Shown: one piece after another, positions 20,164-28,927 of the stretch
How the letters are laid out: each line of letters begins with the position of its first letter
Position numbering within the stretch: position 1 is the first letter of the stretch
DNA from: a virus
IMG/VR virus record: IMGVR_UViG_3300020416_000002
Length of the DNA stretch: 64,000 bases
Reading direction: 5' to 3' (one strand)
Notes under the pieces: model-generated
The model's input: the letters and a program-made list of their open reading frames with translations, nothing else
Told to the model about the DNA's origin: nothing
Databases searched by the model: none
Position numbers and translations under genes: made by a program

Positions 20164-20561
20164 GGTTTAGGTTTGAGATACTTCTCTATTTTACCAAATT
20201 CTAGCACATAAAACAAGCTCCTGTGAATACCCATTTGACGCAATTTGGCAATACGATGTTTGCCATCAATCATGCGATATTTCAAATTATAGGGATTAGG
20301 AGCATTTTTTGCGATAATGCCAGGATATGTAATTTCACAATCACTGTATCTTTTCTGATCTACAGTTTTCATGAAAAGTTCTCTAGACAGGTTCATGCCT
20401 TTCCAAGCAATTCTATCATGAGATATAATTTTTATTTTTTTATCTGTTAATAGGTGAAAGATGTCGGATAATTGGAGTATCATTGTTTCTCCGTTTATTC
20501 TCCAATCTCCATATAATGAGAGACTGCAAGAATGAACCCCATTAATCGGGATATCCGTCAT
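20160..20561 (-). CDS. ParB/sulfiredoxin-like domain protein
   Basis: YPGII...YRMIDGKHRI motif; likely start MTDIP. Confidence 0.55.
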   Translation of the reverse strand: MTDIPINGVHSCSLSLYGDWRINGETMILQLSDIFHLLTDKKIKIISHDRIAWKGMNLSRELFMKTVDQKRYSDCEITYPGIIAKNAPNPYNLKYRMIDGKHRIAKLRQMGIHRSLFYVLEFGKIEKYLKPKP

Positions 20562-20721
20562 CGTCGAATACTTCATCATAGTCGGTGGGTTTTTGAGGAA
20601 AATCACTGAGAACTTCCTGTTTTGTTGTATAAGCACTTATGTCAGAGTAAATTTCTGACTCAATCTCTTCAACAATGTTTTTTAGATCAAAAAGTAAAAC
20701 TTTTAATTTTCCTTTGTTCAT
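20542..20721 (-). CDS. small acidic hypothetical protein (59 aa, not in ORF track)
   Basis: MNKGKLKVLLFDLKNIVEEIESEIYSD...DDDGYPD. Confidence 0.7.
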   Translation of the reverse strand: MNKGKLKVLLFDLKNIVEEIESEIYSDISAYTTKQEVLSDFPQKPTDYDEVFDDDGYPD

Positions 20722-20723
20722 GA

Positions 20724-20990
20724 TTATTCATTCAGTAGTTCACTAGACCTTCTATCTATGTTTGACATAGTTGAACTTGACTTAAAATATTTGTTTATAA
20801 CTTCTAATTGATCATCATATCTAGCAATCTTATCAAGTTCAACTTGGATTGCCTCAGTAATATCTGAATGCTCTCCAATACCTGCTGGATGCTCTAGATA
20901 TACCTCCACATTTGCTCTGTGTTTGGCAATTTCGCCTTGAGCATGTGCCAATACTGCTCTAAGCAGTTGTTCTCTCATATGAAGTGCCAT
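20724..20990 (-). CDS. conserved hypothetical protein
   Basis: HRANVEVYLEHPAGIGEHSDI. Confidence 0.75.
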   Translation of the reverse strand: MALHMREQLLRAVLAHAQGEIAKHRANVEVYLEHPAGIGEHSDITEAIQVELDKIARYDDQLEVINKYFKSSSTMSNIDRRSSELLNE

Positions 20991-21010
20991 AGACTTAGTA
21001 ACTTTTTAAC

Positions 21011-21039
21011 ATTATAGTATAAAAAAAGAGGGGTGTAAA
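21011..21039 (-). promoter_or_regulatory. sigma70-type promoter overlapping terminator
   Basis: TTTACA-17 nt-TATAAT. Confidence 0.7.
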
Positions 21040-21047
21040 CCCCCCTT
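21021..21047 (-). terminator. intrinsic terminator of the riboswitch/DUF4278 operon
   Basis: GGGG-TTTACA-CCCC hairpin then T-tract. Confidence 0.75.
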
Positions 21048-21070
21048 GATACCAATGATGGATCTGACCT

Positions 21071-21172
21071 TCAGATCTCTGTACCCCTCAATAGGAGTAC
21101 TTCGCCGTAAATAAACGCGAGAAACACGGCACATCCTATGGAGATTCCTCCGACAATGTATAGTGCTTCCAT
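21071..21172 (-). CDS. 33-aa single-TM microprotein
   Basis: MEALYIVGGISIGCAVFLAFIYGEVLLLRGTEI. Confidence 0.6.
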   Translation of the reverse strand: MEALYIVGGISIGCAVFLAFIYGEVLLLRGTEI

Positions 21173-21176
21173 TGGT

Positions 21177-21320
21177 CTAACTCTTAGAGGCGAACTTGCG
21201 TTTCACCTTAATGCCACGATACATTAGTTCATGGTTACGGTTTTGTTCTCTCTCTGCGAGAACTTTTGCTTTATATCCTTCGGCGTCGTATTTGACACCG
21301 CGATAGGTGATTTGAGTCAT
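21177..21320 (-). CDS. DUF4278-family small protein (47 aa)
   Basis: MTQITYRGVKY...LMYRGIKV; two YRG motifs; GGAG RBS. Confidence 0.85.
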   Translation of the reverse strand: MTQITYRGVKYDAEGYKAKVLAEREQNRNHELMYRGIKVKRKFASKS

Positions 21321-21354
21321 TTGCCTTCTCCTGAAGTAGTTGGGATTTTAGCCC

Positions 21355-21554
21355 CGTTCCTTCAGTCGTTTGCGTCCCATGTACATGTTAGACCCATTGT
21401 TTCAACTAGATGAACTTGATAGATTTCCATGATTTCAATCCTCTGTTGAGGTGTGAGGTCAGGATGTCTTTTTACGCGATCAAGCTTTTCAGCAATATCC
21501 GCACAAGTTACACCTGCGACCAATAGTCCTACTAAATGTATCATAGGATGAACG
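21355..21554 (-). ncRNA. glutamine riboswitch aptamer 2 with greatly expanded P2 loop
   Basis: 5' CGUUCAUCC ... GGGACGCAAACGACUGAAGGAACG 3'; P1 CGUUC/GAACG; directly upstream of DUF4278. Confidence 0.7.
21362..21544 (-). CDS. 60-aa protein nested within riboswitch aptamer 2
   Basis: MIHLVGLLVAGVTC...TCTWDAND; hydrophobic N-terminus, two Cys, GGAG 10 nt upstream. Confidence 0.7.
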   Translation of the reverse strand: MIHLVGLLVAGVTCADIAEKLDRVKRHPDLTPQQRIEIMEIYQVHLVETMGLTCTWDAND

Positions 21555-21557
21555 CTC

Positions 21558-21597
21558 CGTTCCGCGACCTACTTGCGTCCCTTTCGGGATGAACGAT
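21558..21597 (-). ncRNA. glutamine riboswitch (glnA-type) aptamer 1
   Basis: AUCGUUCAUCCC-GAAA-GGGACGCAAGUAGGUCGCGGAACG; P1 CGUUC/GAACG, GNRA-capped P2. Confidence 0.8.
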
Positions 21598-21603
21598 ATG
21601 TGC

Positions 21604-21653
21604 ATTATAACACATTACTATGTATATGACCACTTATTGTAACATTTTGTAAA
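21604..21653 (-). promoter_or_regulatory. promoter with extended -10 and HLR1 (RpaB) box
   Basis: TGnTATAAT at 21604-21612; TTTACAAA-AT-GTTACAAT at 21636-21653. Confidence 0.65.
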
Positions 21654-21656
21654 GTG

Positions 21657-21697
21657 AATCCTACAGACCAAAAAAATTATGGAATTTTTTTTCCCGA
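21657..21697. repeat. A/T-tract intergenic element, copy 1
   Basis: aatcctacagaccaaaaaaattatggaattttttttcccga, similar to 34299-34346. Confidence 0.6.
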
Positions 21698-22465
21698 TTA
21701 TCTGTAATTGGGGTTCGGTTTTCCCTCAGGGATTGAGTCTAAAACTTTTTCTCTTGGGAACCAACCGAGTTCACACAGTGCTGTAGTGTCAGCACATGTA
21801 ACATCTCTCTCGCCTGGCGTGTGCTCCTTGACTGGTAGATTTGCTTGACCAAATGCCTCTGCTAGTTCTCTTACCGTAGTAGTTTCTCCTGTTCCAATAT
21901 CAATAACTCCTGTGGTTGTGCTTGTCATTAAGTAACAAATTGCTCTAGCAACATCCTTCACATGAATCCAATCTCTTTTATGATTAGTAATATATTTTGC
22001 GGTCTTATCCTGTAACATTCTGTAAAGCATGTCAGGTCTGCTATTCTCACCGTAGACGGTCTGGAATCTCATTCCTACACTATTAGGTGGTGCTTGTAGT
22101 TCATTGACCTTCTTGGTGATACCATAAGGGTTCTGCCACCACTCTTCGACTTGTGCAGAACTAGCATAGAGTAACCTAGTTCTATATTTCCTACAATATT
22201 CAAAAATAGGTTTAGATTTCTCTACATTATTCTCCCAAAATTTTTCTGGATTATCTATGCTGTCTCTGATAGCAGCAAACGCTGCTAGATGAATAATAAC
22301 ATCATAGGGTTGATCAAACATACCAATCTCAGACTGAAAATCCCCGATATCATCGGGGAAATCCATACCATCAACTGAGTATCCATAACCTGCATCATGT
22401 CTAAGGTGATCAAACACATAACTGCCAATGAATCCCTTATGACCCGTAACAAGGATCTTTGTCAT
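21698..22465 (-). CDS. NAD-dependent nucleotide-sugar epimerase/dehydratase
   Basis: VTGHKGFIG, YASSA, YGITK. Confidence 0.9.
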   Translation of the reverse strand: MTKILVTGHKGFIGSYVFDHLRHDAGYGYSVDGMDFPDDIGDFQSEIGMFDQPYDVIIHLAAFAAIRDSIDNPEKFWENNVEKSKPIFEYCRKYRTRLLYASSAQVEEWWQNPYGITKKVNELQAPPNSVGMRFQTVYGENSRPDMLYRMLQDKTAKYITNHKRDWIHVKDVARAICYLMTSTTTGVIDIGTGETTTVRELAEAFGQANLPVKEHTPGERDVTCADTTALCELGWFPREKVLDSIPEGKPNPNYR

Positions 22466-22854
22466 TCTTTTTTCTTTCTTTTTGATGGTGGTTTAGGTTG
22501 AGTACCCCAAAGAGCGGGTTTCCTATTACCTTTTGTAAATGCGATTGCCTTCAATCCCTTCTTGAGTTTGTCCCAATAGAAATTAAAGATGTCACTTTGT
22601 TTTTGTGCCATCACAATGTCGTAGTGGATGACATCAGAATTGTCTGAAGTATATGATACTACAAACGAATTGGTAGGCAAAGAAGTGTCTTGCGACTTAG
22701 CAAAGTCACAATCTGTTTCATGGATATTGATCCAGTATACTTCCTTTGCCTCCTTTTTCTCTTCAGGAGTCCATACTCTAGACCCTGTTGCCCCAGACGA
22801 TATCGGGGTAGGCTTCTTTAACGACTGGGAAGCTGCATTTGTATTTTCTGCCAA
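22462..22854 (-). CDS. conserved hypothetical protein (start uncertain)
   Basis: ORF track; DTSLPTNSFVVSY. Confidence 0.6.
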   Translation of the reverse strand: MAENTNAASQSLKKPTPISSGATGSRVWTPEEKKEAKEVYWINIHETDCDFAKSQDTSLPTNSFVVSYTSDNSDVIHYDIVMAQKQSDIFNFYWDKLKKGLKAIAFTKGNRKPALWGTQPKPPSKRKKKE

Positions 22855-23239
22855 GTTTTTTGTCCTTTGCTAAACATAATACTTCTGCTTCACCTGGATT
22901 TAAGGATTCAAGCAGTTGGATGAACAAGACCTCACGGCGAGTGCTCGTGAGTTCATAGTTACCTCCTTCAATGAAATTATACAGTGTTCTGTACTCAGAT
23001 GCAAGTTTGCTCTGAGATTCCACTGTAGGGGAAGGATTTGGTTCATATGGTACATCTCCATCTGGTAATGCACTCTTCAAACTCTCATCATAATTCCAAA
23101 TAAGACAGTAACGAAGTGCTTTAGAGTCATAGTTTCTAAGCAATTCAATCTTTTTATCTTTAGTCTTTGCCTTATGAACTGCGTCCAAGACTTCACTAAC
23201 GAGAGGTTTAGGTGGTAATTTTGCCATAATAAGTTTCAA
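22778..23239 (-). CDS. conserved T4-like phage protein (DUF6433-like)
   Basis: LPDGDVPY, RREVLFIQLLESL. Confidence 0.7.
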   Translation of the reverse strand: MKLIMAKLPPKPLVSEVLDAVHKAKTKDKKIELLRNYDSKALRYCLIWNYDESLKSALPDGDVPYEPNPSPTVESQSKLASEYRTLYNFIEGGNYELTSTRREVLFIQLLESLNPGEAEVLCLAKDKKLGRKYKCSFPVVKEAYPDIVWGNRV

Positions 23240-23242
23240 AAG

Positions 23243-23473
23243 TTAAATGTCGTCTTCTACATCCTCATTTTCATTCAAAAAACGAAATGCAATTAGAGAG
23301 TCAGGAAGAATGTTTCCATCTTCATCATACATTTCAGGATGAGTTGGAGGATTAATGTTAGGTCTGTCGTGATGATAAAACATGTACTCTCTGAGTACCC
23401 ATCCTAACATTACAGACAAAATTGCTGTCAGGATAACAAAAAAAGATCCGAAGACCAAAGATACTGCTAACAT
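23243..23473 (-). CDS. membrane-anchored hypothetical protein
   Basis: N-terminal TM; HPEMYDEDGNILPD. Confidence 0.7.
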   Translation of the reverse strand: MLAVSLVFGSFFVILTAILSVMLGWVLREYMFYHHDRPNINPPTHPEMYDEDGNILPDSLIAFRFLNENEDVEDDI

Positions 23474-23535
23474 TGTTTTTCTCTATAGGGTTATTTTAGA
23501 ATTTAAAAATGCCCCTCCATGCTAATTAATTTTAT

Positions 23536-23787
23536 TTAGCTAGCGAGTTTGCGTTCTTTAAAAAAGGAGGCAACTTCAAGAGACCCTCCTACATGTACTC
23601 TTCCCTCTTCGGGAATGTCAACAACCACTTGAGGAAATTGAAAGGAATTAAATTCCTGATTGAATTCCTCAATCGTAAAGTGTTCGTCCAAAGTATACAC
23701 TCTATAAGTTTGTTTTGTCAACTCCATGAGTTGCTTAACTTTGTCACAATAATCGCAACCATCCATTGAGTAGACAGTAAAGTTCAT
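23536..23787 (-). CDS. nrdC: glutaredoxin
   Basis: CDYC, FPQV, VGG. Confidence 0.9.
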   Translation of the reverse strand: MNFTVYSMDGCDYCDKVKQLMELTKQTYRVYTLDEHFTIEEFNQEFNSFQFPQVVVDIPEEGRVHVGGSLEVASFFKERKLAS

Positions 23788-23810
23788 AGTAGTTTAGGAA
23801 TATGAAAAAT

Positions 23811-23818
23811 TATTTATA
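23811..23818 (-). promoter_or_regulatory. late promoter TATAAATA
   Basis: Exact consensus upstream of glutaredoxin. Confidence 0.65.
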
Positions 23819-26800
23819 GGAATGTAGGTTCTCCATCTTGACCTCCATACACAACTATATTAACATCCCTTAGGTCTTCTGGAGCAGGAATGCCGTTATA
23901 TATTGTAACACCAAATCCCGTAGTTGTCCTGTCGTATACGGTAGCATCAACTAAACCGCCAGGAAAATTGTTTGTGCCTCTACCGTTGATGACCACCGCA
24001 TAGTTATTATCATTCATTTCGTCAGCAAAGTTCACTTGGTAAACACCTGTAGATTGCTGTTCAATGGAACTAACATTGTGTGATCTATCGCCAGGCACAT
24101 AGTCACTGTTACCCACACCTAAGTTAGTATTCATATACCATGCAGTAGCACGACCCTCAAACATTTGAGTGTGTGTGCATGTCTTTAGACCTGCCTTATT
24201 TTTATACTCTCCTACCCTCAAGACTTTATGGAAGTCACTGTTGAATACTTGAATGGAGTTACCCATACTACCCATGGTAGTTCCAACTCCAACACCATAG
24301 TAGAATAACTGAGGTGTCTCTTCAGTGACTTCAATTTCTGTGAATGTTCCAGTAACAGTAACACCTTGAGTCATCTTAGCAGGACTTGTAGTACCAAACC
24401 CTACTGGATCACCTGACGCTGCATAGTAAAATTCAAGAGGATAATTTGCCTGCTGTGCAGCATTTTCAAATCTATATGTTTGTCCTACCTCAAACCTTAA
24501 GTAAGGTGACTCAAAACCTTGAATGTTGATTGATCTATCAGATCCAACACCAATATATCTGTGATCTGCTGTCTTAGTACCAAGAGTAACAGGTAGAGGT
24601 AAGAAGTTTGCTTTGTGCTCAGTGTAGAGACTCTTAGATGTCTCTGCAGCACCTGTTAAGGTAGAGAATGACGCTGCCTGTGCAAAGTTAGCATTGAGTG
24701 CATTAGAGGCGATTCCTGCGTTGTCTGCGAAGGTAGCAACACCTGCAAGGTTTGCAAAGGTAGCAACTCCACAGATGTCAGCATGAGGAACCTTCTGAAC
24801 TGATACAGTTGTAATACCAGAAGATACTGAAGTAACATCAATGCTTTGTGCAAAGTTAACAGTGATACCTGTTCCTACAAAACTTCCACCATTCTGAATA
24901 CCAATACCACTACCTGTAGCAACGATACCAGTGAGTTGACTACCATCACCAAAGAATTTGTCAGTGGTTCTGATAGGATTATTAGTAAAGATATCAAAGT
25001 CACTCGTGATACCTGATGCTACACTAGCAGTGGCAGAGTTACCTGTACACTGATCAGCAACTCCAGCAGTATTAGCACGAGTTACAGCAACACCAACGGC
25101 AAGAGAGTTAGCAGTTTCAGCAACGGTCGCTACACCAGCAACAGATGCGAAGTCTGCGGTAGATGCATTAGGAATTGTACCAGCAGTAATTGTGGCAACA
25201 CCAGCAGATACTGTAGTAATATTAAACTCCGATCCAAAGTCGATAGTAGCAGCAACACCAACTTGAGATCCATTACTGGTAATACTAACACCAGATCCAG
25301 CAGCAATCACACCAGTGATAGCAGATCCATCACCAGCAAACGCTGTGGCAGTGATAACACCAATAGTATTGACACTTCCATCAGTTCCTACACCAGCAAA
25401 CTGAAGTTCAATAGGTCTAGTGTATGCAGCAAATGCTACATCAGTTCTAGATGCTCTAGTAATTAAAGTTTGACCACTAGCAATACCAATATTATCAATC
25501 GTTAAATCTTGTAATGGTTGTAGTCTCTGTCCAAACACAAAGAAATCTGCAACGCTAAAGGTGCTAGTGTCACCTTCGGCAATACCAACGGAGACTGCAG
25601 CAGTTTGATCAGAGTTTCTATTTGATACATGAATAGTTGCTACACCATCATACTTTGATGTAAATAATCCTACATTATCATTAATCTGAGGGAAAGCAGT
25701 GCTACTAATATATGAATTTCTTCTACCTAAATTTTTCTGAACATCTGCATTGACATTACCATATGCTTTGTTAGCGATGACAGTAAAACTTACGCCAGGT
25801 TCAGATGAGGAAACATATACTGCGTCACCTGGTTTTAAGGTAACATCATCATACATGTCATTGCCACCAACTTTCATTGGAATACCATAGGCAATGTAAT
25901 CTGAGTCTAGGTTACCAGCATAGACACCACTTAATTTTGCACCATTGCCGTGAGTAACAGATACATTAAGTCTAGCAAGATCAGCAGCGTCGCCACCATC
26001 TATGGTAACAATATCACCATCAGTATAATTGAGACCATCATTATTAATTACTGCACTAACTACAGTTCCATTATTATCAACCTCAATATCAACAGTTAAT
26101 CCAGAACCAGAACCACCTGCTGCAGACAATACAATGATACCATTCATTGTGGGATGACTCATGCACTGATAGTAGTATGTCCCTGCAGGAAGTCCTGTAG
26201 TGTCCCAAGTAACATTGGCAGTTCCCTGTCCAGTTACACCACCAGCAGCAGCACCACCTAAACTAGTTCTGATAGCAAAGGGGTGAGCAGGAGCAATAGC
26301 AGTTAGATCAACATTAAGAGTGTCACCAACGGTAAGATTAATTGTAGGAGCGTTACCAGATACTGCTCCAAGTCTATCAGTACCACCACCGCCAAAAGTA
26401 TAGAAGTCTCCACCATATCCTCCGTGCTGTGCTGAGACAACATATACAGTATATGATTCTGGAGCACTGGAACCAGATATTGATGTAGTGCCAACATCTG
26501 CGTAAATACCTTGTGTATAACCAGTACCATTACTAATAAAAGGACCTAGTGTCTTAGCACCAGTGGCGTTGGCGTTTGGAATTGTAAGGACATCACCAGT
26601 AGAGTATCCTGAACCATCTGCAACAATTTCAACTTCAGTTACTGCACCATTAGAAACCTCGGTAATATTAACAGACGCTCCTGTTCCAGATCCTCCAAGC
26701 AAAAGTAGATTTGAACCAAGAGAGTAACCAGATCCACCATCAGTGACTGTTAATTCTTGAGCACCACTGTCACCAGATATTGACACAGAGTGAGTTAACT

Positions 26801-26936
26801 CCTCCTCAGTTTGATTTGATGCTGAGATGTTAACTGTTACCATTTCGGTTGCTGTATACAACAGGGTATTGGTAACAGTACCCAGTTGTAATGTAGTTTT
26901 CAGCGAGGCAAGTCTTCCTATCACGGCTCTAAGCAC
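23814..26936 (-). CDS. tail fibre / virion fibre with cupredoxin-like insert
   Basis: 1040 aa; GSGYS repeats, FAGDGSAITG fibre repeats, C-terminal AW..NVSSI..GVYQVNF domain; HPF...YYQCMSHPTM. Confidence 0.8.
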   Translation of the reverse strand: MLRAVIGRLASLKTTLQLGTVTNTLLYTATEMVTVNISASNQTEEELTHSVSISGDSGAQELTVTDGGSGYSLGSNLLLLGGSGTGASVNITEVSNGAVTEVEIVADGSGYSTGDVLTIPNANATGAKTLGPFISNGTGYTQGIYADVGTTSISGSSAPESYTVYVVSAQHGGYGGDFYTFGGGGTDRLGAVSGNAPTINLTVGDTLNVDLTAIAPAHPFAIRTSLGGAAAGGVTGQGTANVTWDTTGLPAGTYYYQCMSHPTMNGIIVLSAAGGSGSGLTVDIEVDNNGTVVSAVINNDGLNYTDGDIVTIDGGDAADLARLNVSVTHGNGAKLSGVYAGNLDSDYIAYGIPMKVGGNDMYDDVTLKPGDAVYVSSSEPGVSFTVIANKAYGNVNADVQKNLGRRNSYISSTAFPQINDNVGLFTSKYDGVATIHVSNRNSDQTAAVSVGIAEGDTSTFSVADFFVFGQRLQPLQDLTIDNIGIASGQTLITRASRTDVAFAAYTRPIELQFAGVGTDGSVNTIGVITATAFAGDGSAITGVIAAGSGVSITSNGSQVGVAATIDFGSEFNITTVSAGVATITAGTIPNASTADFASVAGVATVAETANSLAVGVAVTRANTAGVADQCTGNSATASVASGITSDFDIFTNNPIRTTDKFFGDGSQLTGIVATGSGIGIQNGGSFVGTGITVNFAQSIDVTSVSSGITTVSVQKVPHADICGVATFANLAGVATFADNAGIASNALNANFAQAASFSTLTGAAETSKSLYTEHKANFLPLPVTLGTKTADHRYIGVGSDRSINIQGFESPYLRFEVGQTYRFENAAQQANYPLEFYYAASGDPVGFGTTSPAKMTQGVTVTGTFTEIEVTEETPQLFYYGVGVGTTMGSMGNSIQVFNSDFHKVLRVGEYKNKAGLKTCTHTQMFEGRATAWYMNTNLGVGNSDYVPGDRSHNVSSIEQQSTGVYQVNFADEMNDNNYAVVINGRGTNNFPGGLVDATVYDRTTTGFGVTIYNGIPAPEDLRDVNIVVYGGQDGEPTFL

Positions 26937-26985
26937 TTTTTTTAGTATTTATCTGTGCTAGAATATATACAGTAAACATCTTAGC

Positions 26986-27765
26986 ATGAACATTATAACG
27001 GGATCCGATGGATTCATTGCAAGGCACTTTCAAAGTTCCCTTGACAATGGTATTGGAATTGATATGGAGAACTGTTTTGATTTTTTCGACAACTTTAAGA
27101 GTTGGGATAAAATTGATATGATTATCCATCAAGGTGCGTTGTCCTCTACGACCAACAAGAACCTTGAGATGGTCTACAAATACAACACTGAATATAGTAT
27201 TAAGTTATTTGAGAAAGCAATTGAGTATGGTATCCCTGTAAAGTATGCTAGTTCAGCATCTGTCTATGGTAATCAGCAAGGTATCATTAATCCTTTAAAT
27301 TATTATGCATTATCAAAAGCAACCATAGACTATTGGGTCTTGGATAATATTGATCGCTTCAGGTATATTCAAGGGTTCAGATACTTTAATGTGTACGGAT
27401 CAGGTGAACAACACAAAGGAACTATGGCATCACTAGTCAGTCAGTTTCAGTGGCAGGCGGTGACTGGTCAAATACATCCGTTTGAGGGGAGCGATCAGAT
27501 ATATCGTGACTATGTGTGGGTAGGGGATCTTGTGAATGTTGTACTATCAAACACTGCGGGTTCTGGCATATTCGATCTTGGCACAGGAGAGCCAATAACA
27601 ATTGACACTGTAGCTCAACTAGTTTCAGCAAAATCTGGGTCGAAACTGTCTCCAATTCCTTTTCCTCCTAATCTTAAAGGTAAGTACCAATATTATACCA
27701 AAGCTGACATGGAATGGTTAAAAGATTACAAATTTAAGACTGTGGAAGAGTATCTCCTTGAATAA
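26986..27765 (+). CDS. rfaD: ADP-L-glycero-D-manno-heptose 6-epimerase-like
   Basis: ITGSDGFIA, HQGALSSTT, YASSASVYG, NPLNYYALSK, RYFNVYG, LKGKYQYYTKAD. Confidence 0.85.
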   Translation: MNIITGSDGFIARHFQSSLDNGIGIDMENCFDFFDNFKSWDKIDMIIHQGALSSTTNKNLEMVYKYNTEYSIKLFEKAIEYGIPVKYASSASVYGNQQGIINPLNYYALSKATIDYWVLDNIDRFRYIQGFRYFNVYGSGEQHKGTMASLVSQFQWQAVTGQIHPFEGSDQIYRDYVWVGDLVNVVLSNTAGSGIFDLGTGEPITIDTVAQLVSAKSGSKLSPIPFPPNLKGKYQYYTKADMEWLKDYKFKTVEEYLLE

Positions 27766-28111
27766 CTCGATGAGAGTCGGAGTCAAAATGCTGTGTAGAA
27801 AATTCAAATAATTCTGAGTCTTGTATTGCTACCATCTGGTGTCTAGTTCCTCTTTTCATGTGGAACTTCATGCCAGGTTCTAGTATTAATGTGTTTGCCT
27901 TTGCTAGATCATCATCCTTGCCATAAAACAAATGAATGAGACCTGACTGTAGATAAAAGGTTTCGTCTTTTAATTTGTGGTAGTGCCATGAGCATCTTTT
28001 ATTTTTAGCAATGAATAAAAGTTTACCGCAATATTCTGGAGAGTTAGCGATCCACTTCTCGTAACCCCATCCTTTTTCTACAAATTTAATTCCTGAATCT
28101 GTCATACTCAT
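27734..28111 (-). CDS. cupin-fold sugar isomerase
   Basis: VEKGWGYE, SWHYHKLKDETF, EFST. Confidence 0.8.
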   Translation of the reverse strand: MSMTDSGIKFVEKGWGYEKWIANSPEYCGKLLFIAKNKRCSWHYHKLKDETFYLQSGLIHLFYGKDDDLAKANTLILEPGMKFHMKRGTRHQMVAIQDSELFEFSTQHFDSDSHRVIQGDTLPQS

Positions 28112-28132
28112 AGTCTCCCATTATATAGTATA

Positions 28133-28927
28133 TTATTTGAGGATACCATCTACATCCTCCATGGTCAAAGTATATGTGCCAGGATTTTGTACCGCTATCG
28201 CTGCACATCTATTAGCAAAATTAATAGACTCATCCATGTCTGGTAACTGTACATAATAAAACACTAGTGCTGCTAAAAATGTATCGCCAGCACCTGTTAC
28301 ATCAAACACTCTAGTGATAGGGACAGGAAATGTTTTATGATTCCACAATGCACCATTGGCACCGTGAGTTACAATCATATTCTCACCCTTAGGTATATGA
28401 TTTGCGTCTAATAAATTAAATTCTTTCTGATTAATTTTATAGATTATATTAGGATACTGTGTAGGTAACTTCTTCTTTTTAGTGTCAACAAATACTTTTA
28501 TGTCTGGATTCCTACTAGCAAGATGTTGAATATCTTCTACAGATATAAATCCTTTATCATAATCTGATATAACAATAGCATCATAACTTTGATGCACTGC
28601 TGCCATGGTAATTTGAGAAGGATGTAATGGTTCTACCTCTGGTTCAGTATCCAGACGCATGATCTGTTGATTAGATTTCTCATGAACATATCTTGTCTTA
28701 GTAATCTTCTCCTTATGAGTCAAGAAGTTTACATTGATACCAAGAGACTTTAAATTCTCATAAACATTTGCTGCCATGCCAGGAGCACTTTGAGTCTCCC
28801 TATATTTCATAACAGGAATTGGTGCTTCAGGACTTAAACGATCACAAGATCCATACACCCATTCATCGGTACAACTATCCCCGATCAATAATACATTGAA
28901 TTGTCTTGCTAGTCGCATACTTTTCAA
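28133..28927 (-). CDS. heptose-7-phosphate kinase (HldE/RfaE domain I, PfkB family)
   Basis: RLSPEAPIPV, ISDYDKG, VFDVTGAGDTF. Confidence 0.9.
   Translation of the reverse strand: MKSMRLARQFNVLLIGDSCTDEWVYGSCDRLSPEAPIPVMKYRETQSAPGMAANVYENLKSLGINVNFLTHKEKITKTRYVHEKSNQQIMRLDTEPEVEPLHPSQITMAAVHQSYDAIVISDYDKGFISVEDIQHLASRNPDIKVFVDTKKKKLPTQYPNIIYKINQKEFNLLDANHIPKGENMIVTHGANGALWNHKTFPVPITRVFDVTGAGDTFLAALVFYYVQLPDMDESINFANRCAAIAVQNPGTYTLTMEDVDGILK

Noticed and set aside
21639-21652. NtcA box (GTA-N8-TAA) upstream of the riboswitch
   Set aside because: Imperfect, and about 29 nt from the -10 rather than about 22; HLR1 fits exactly.
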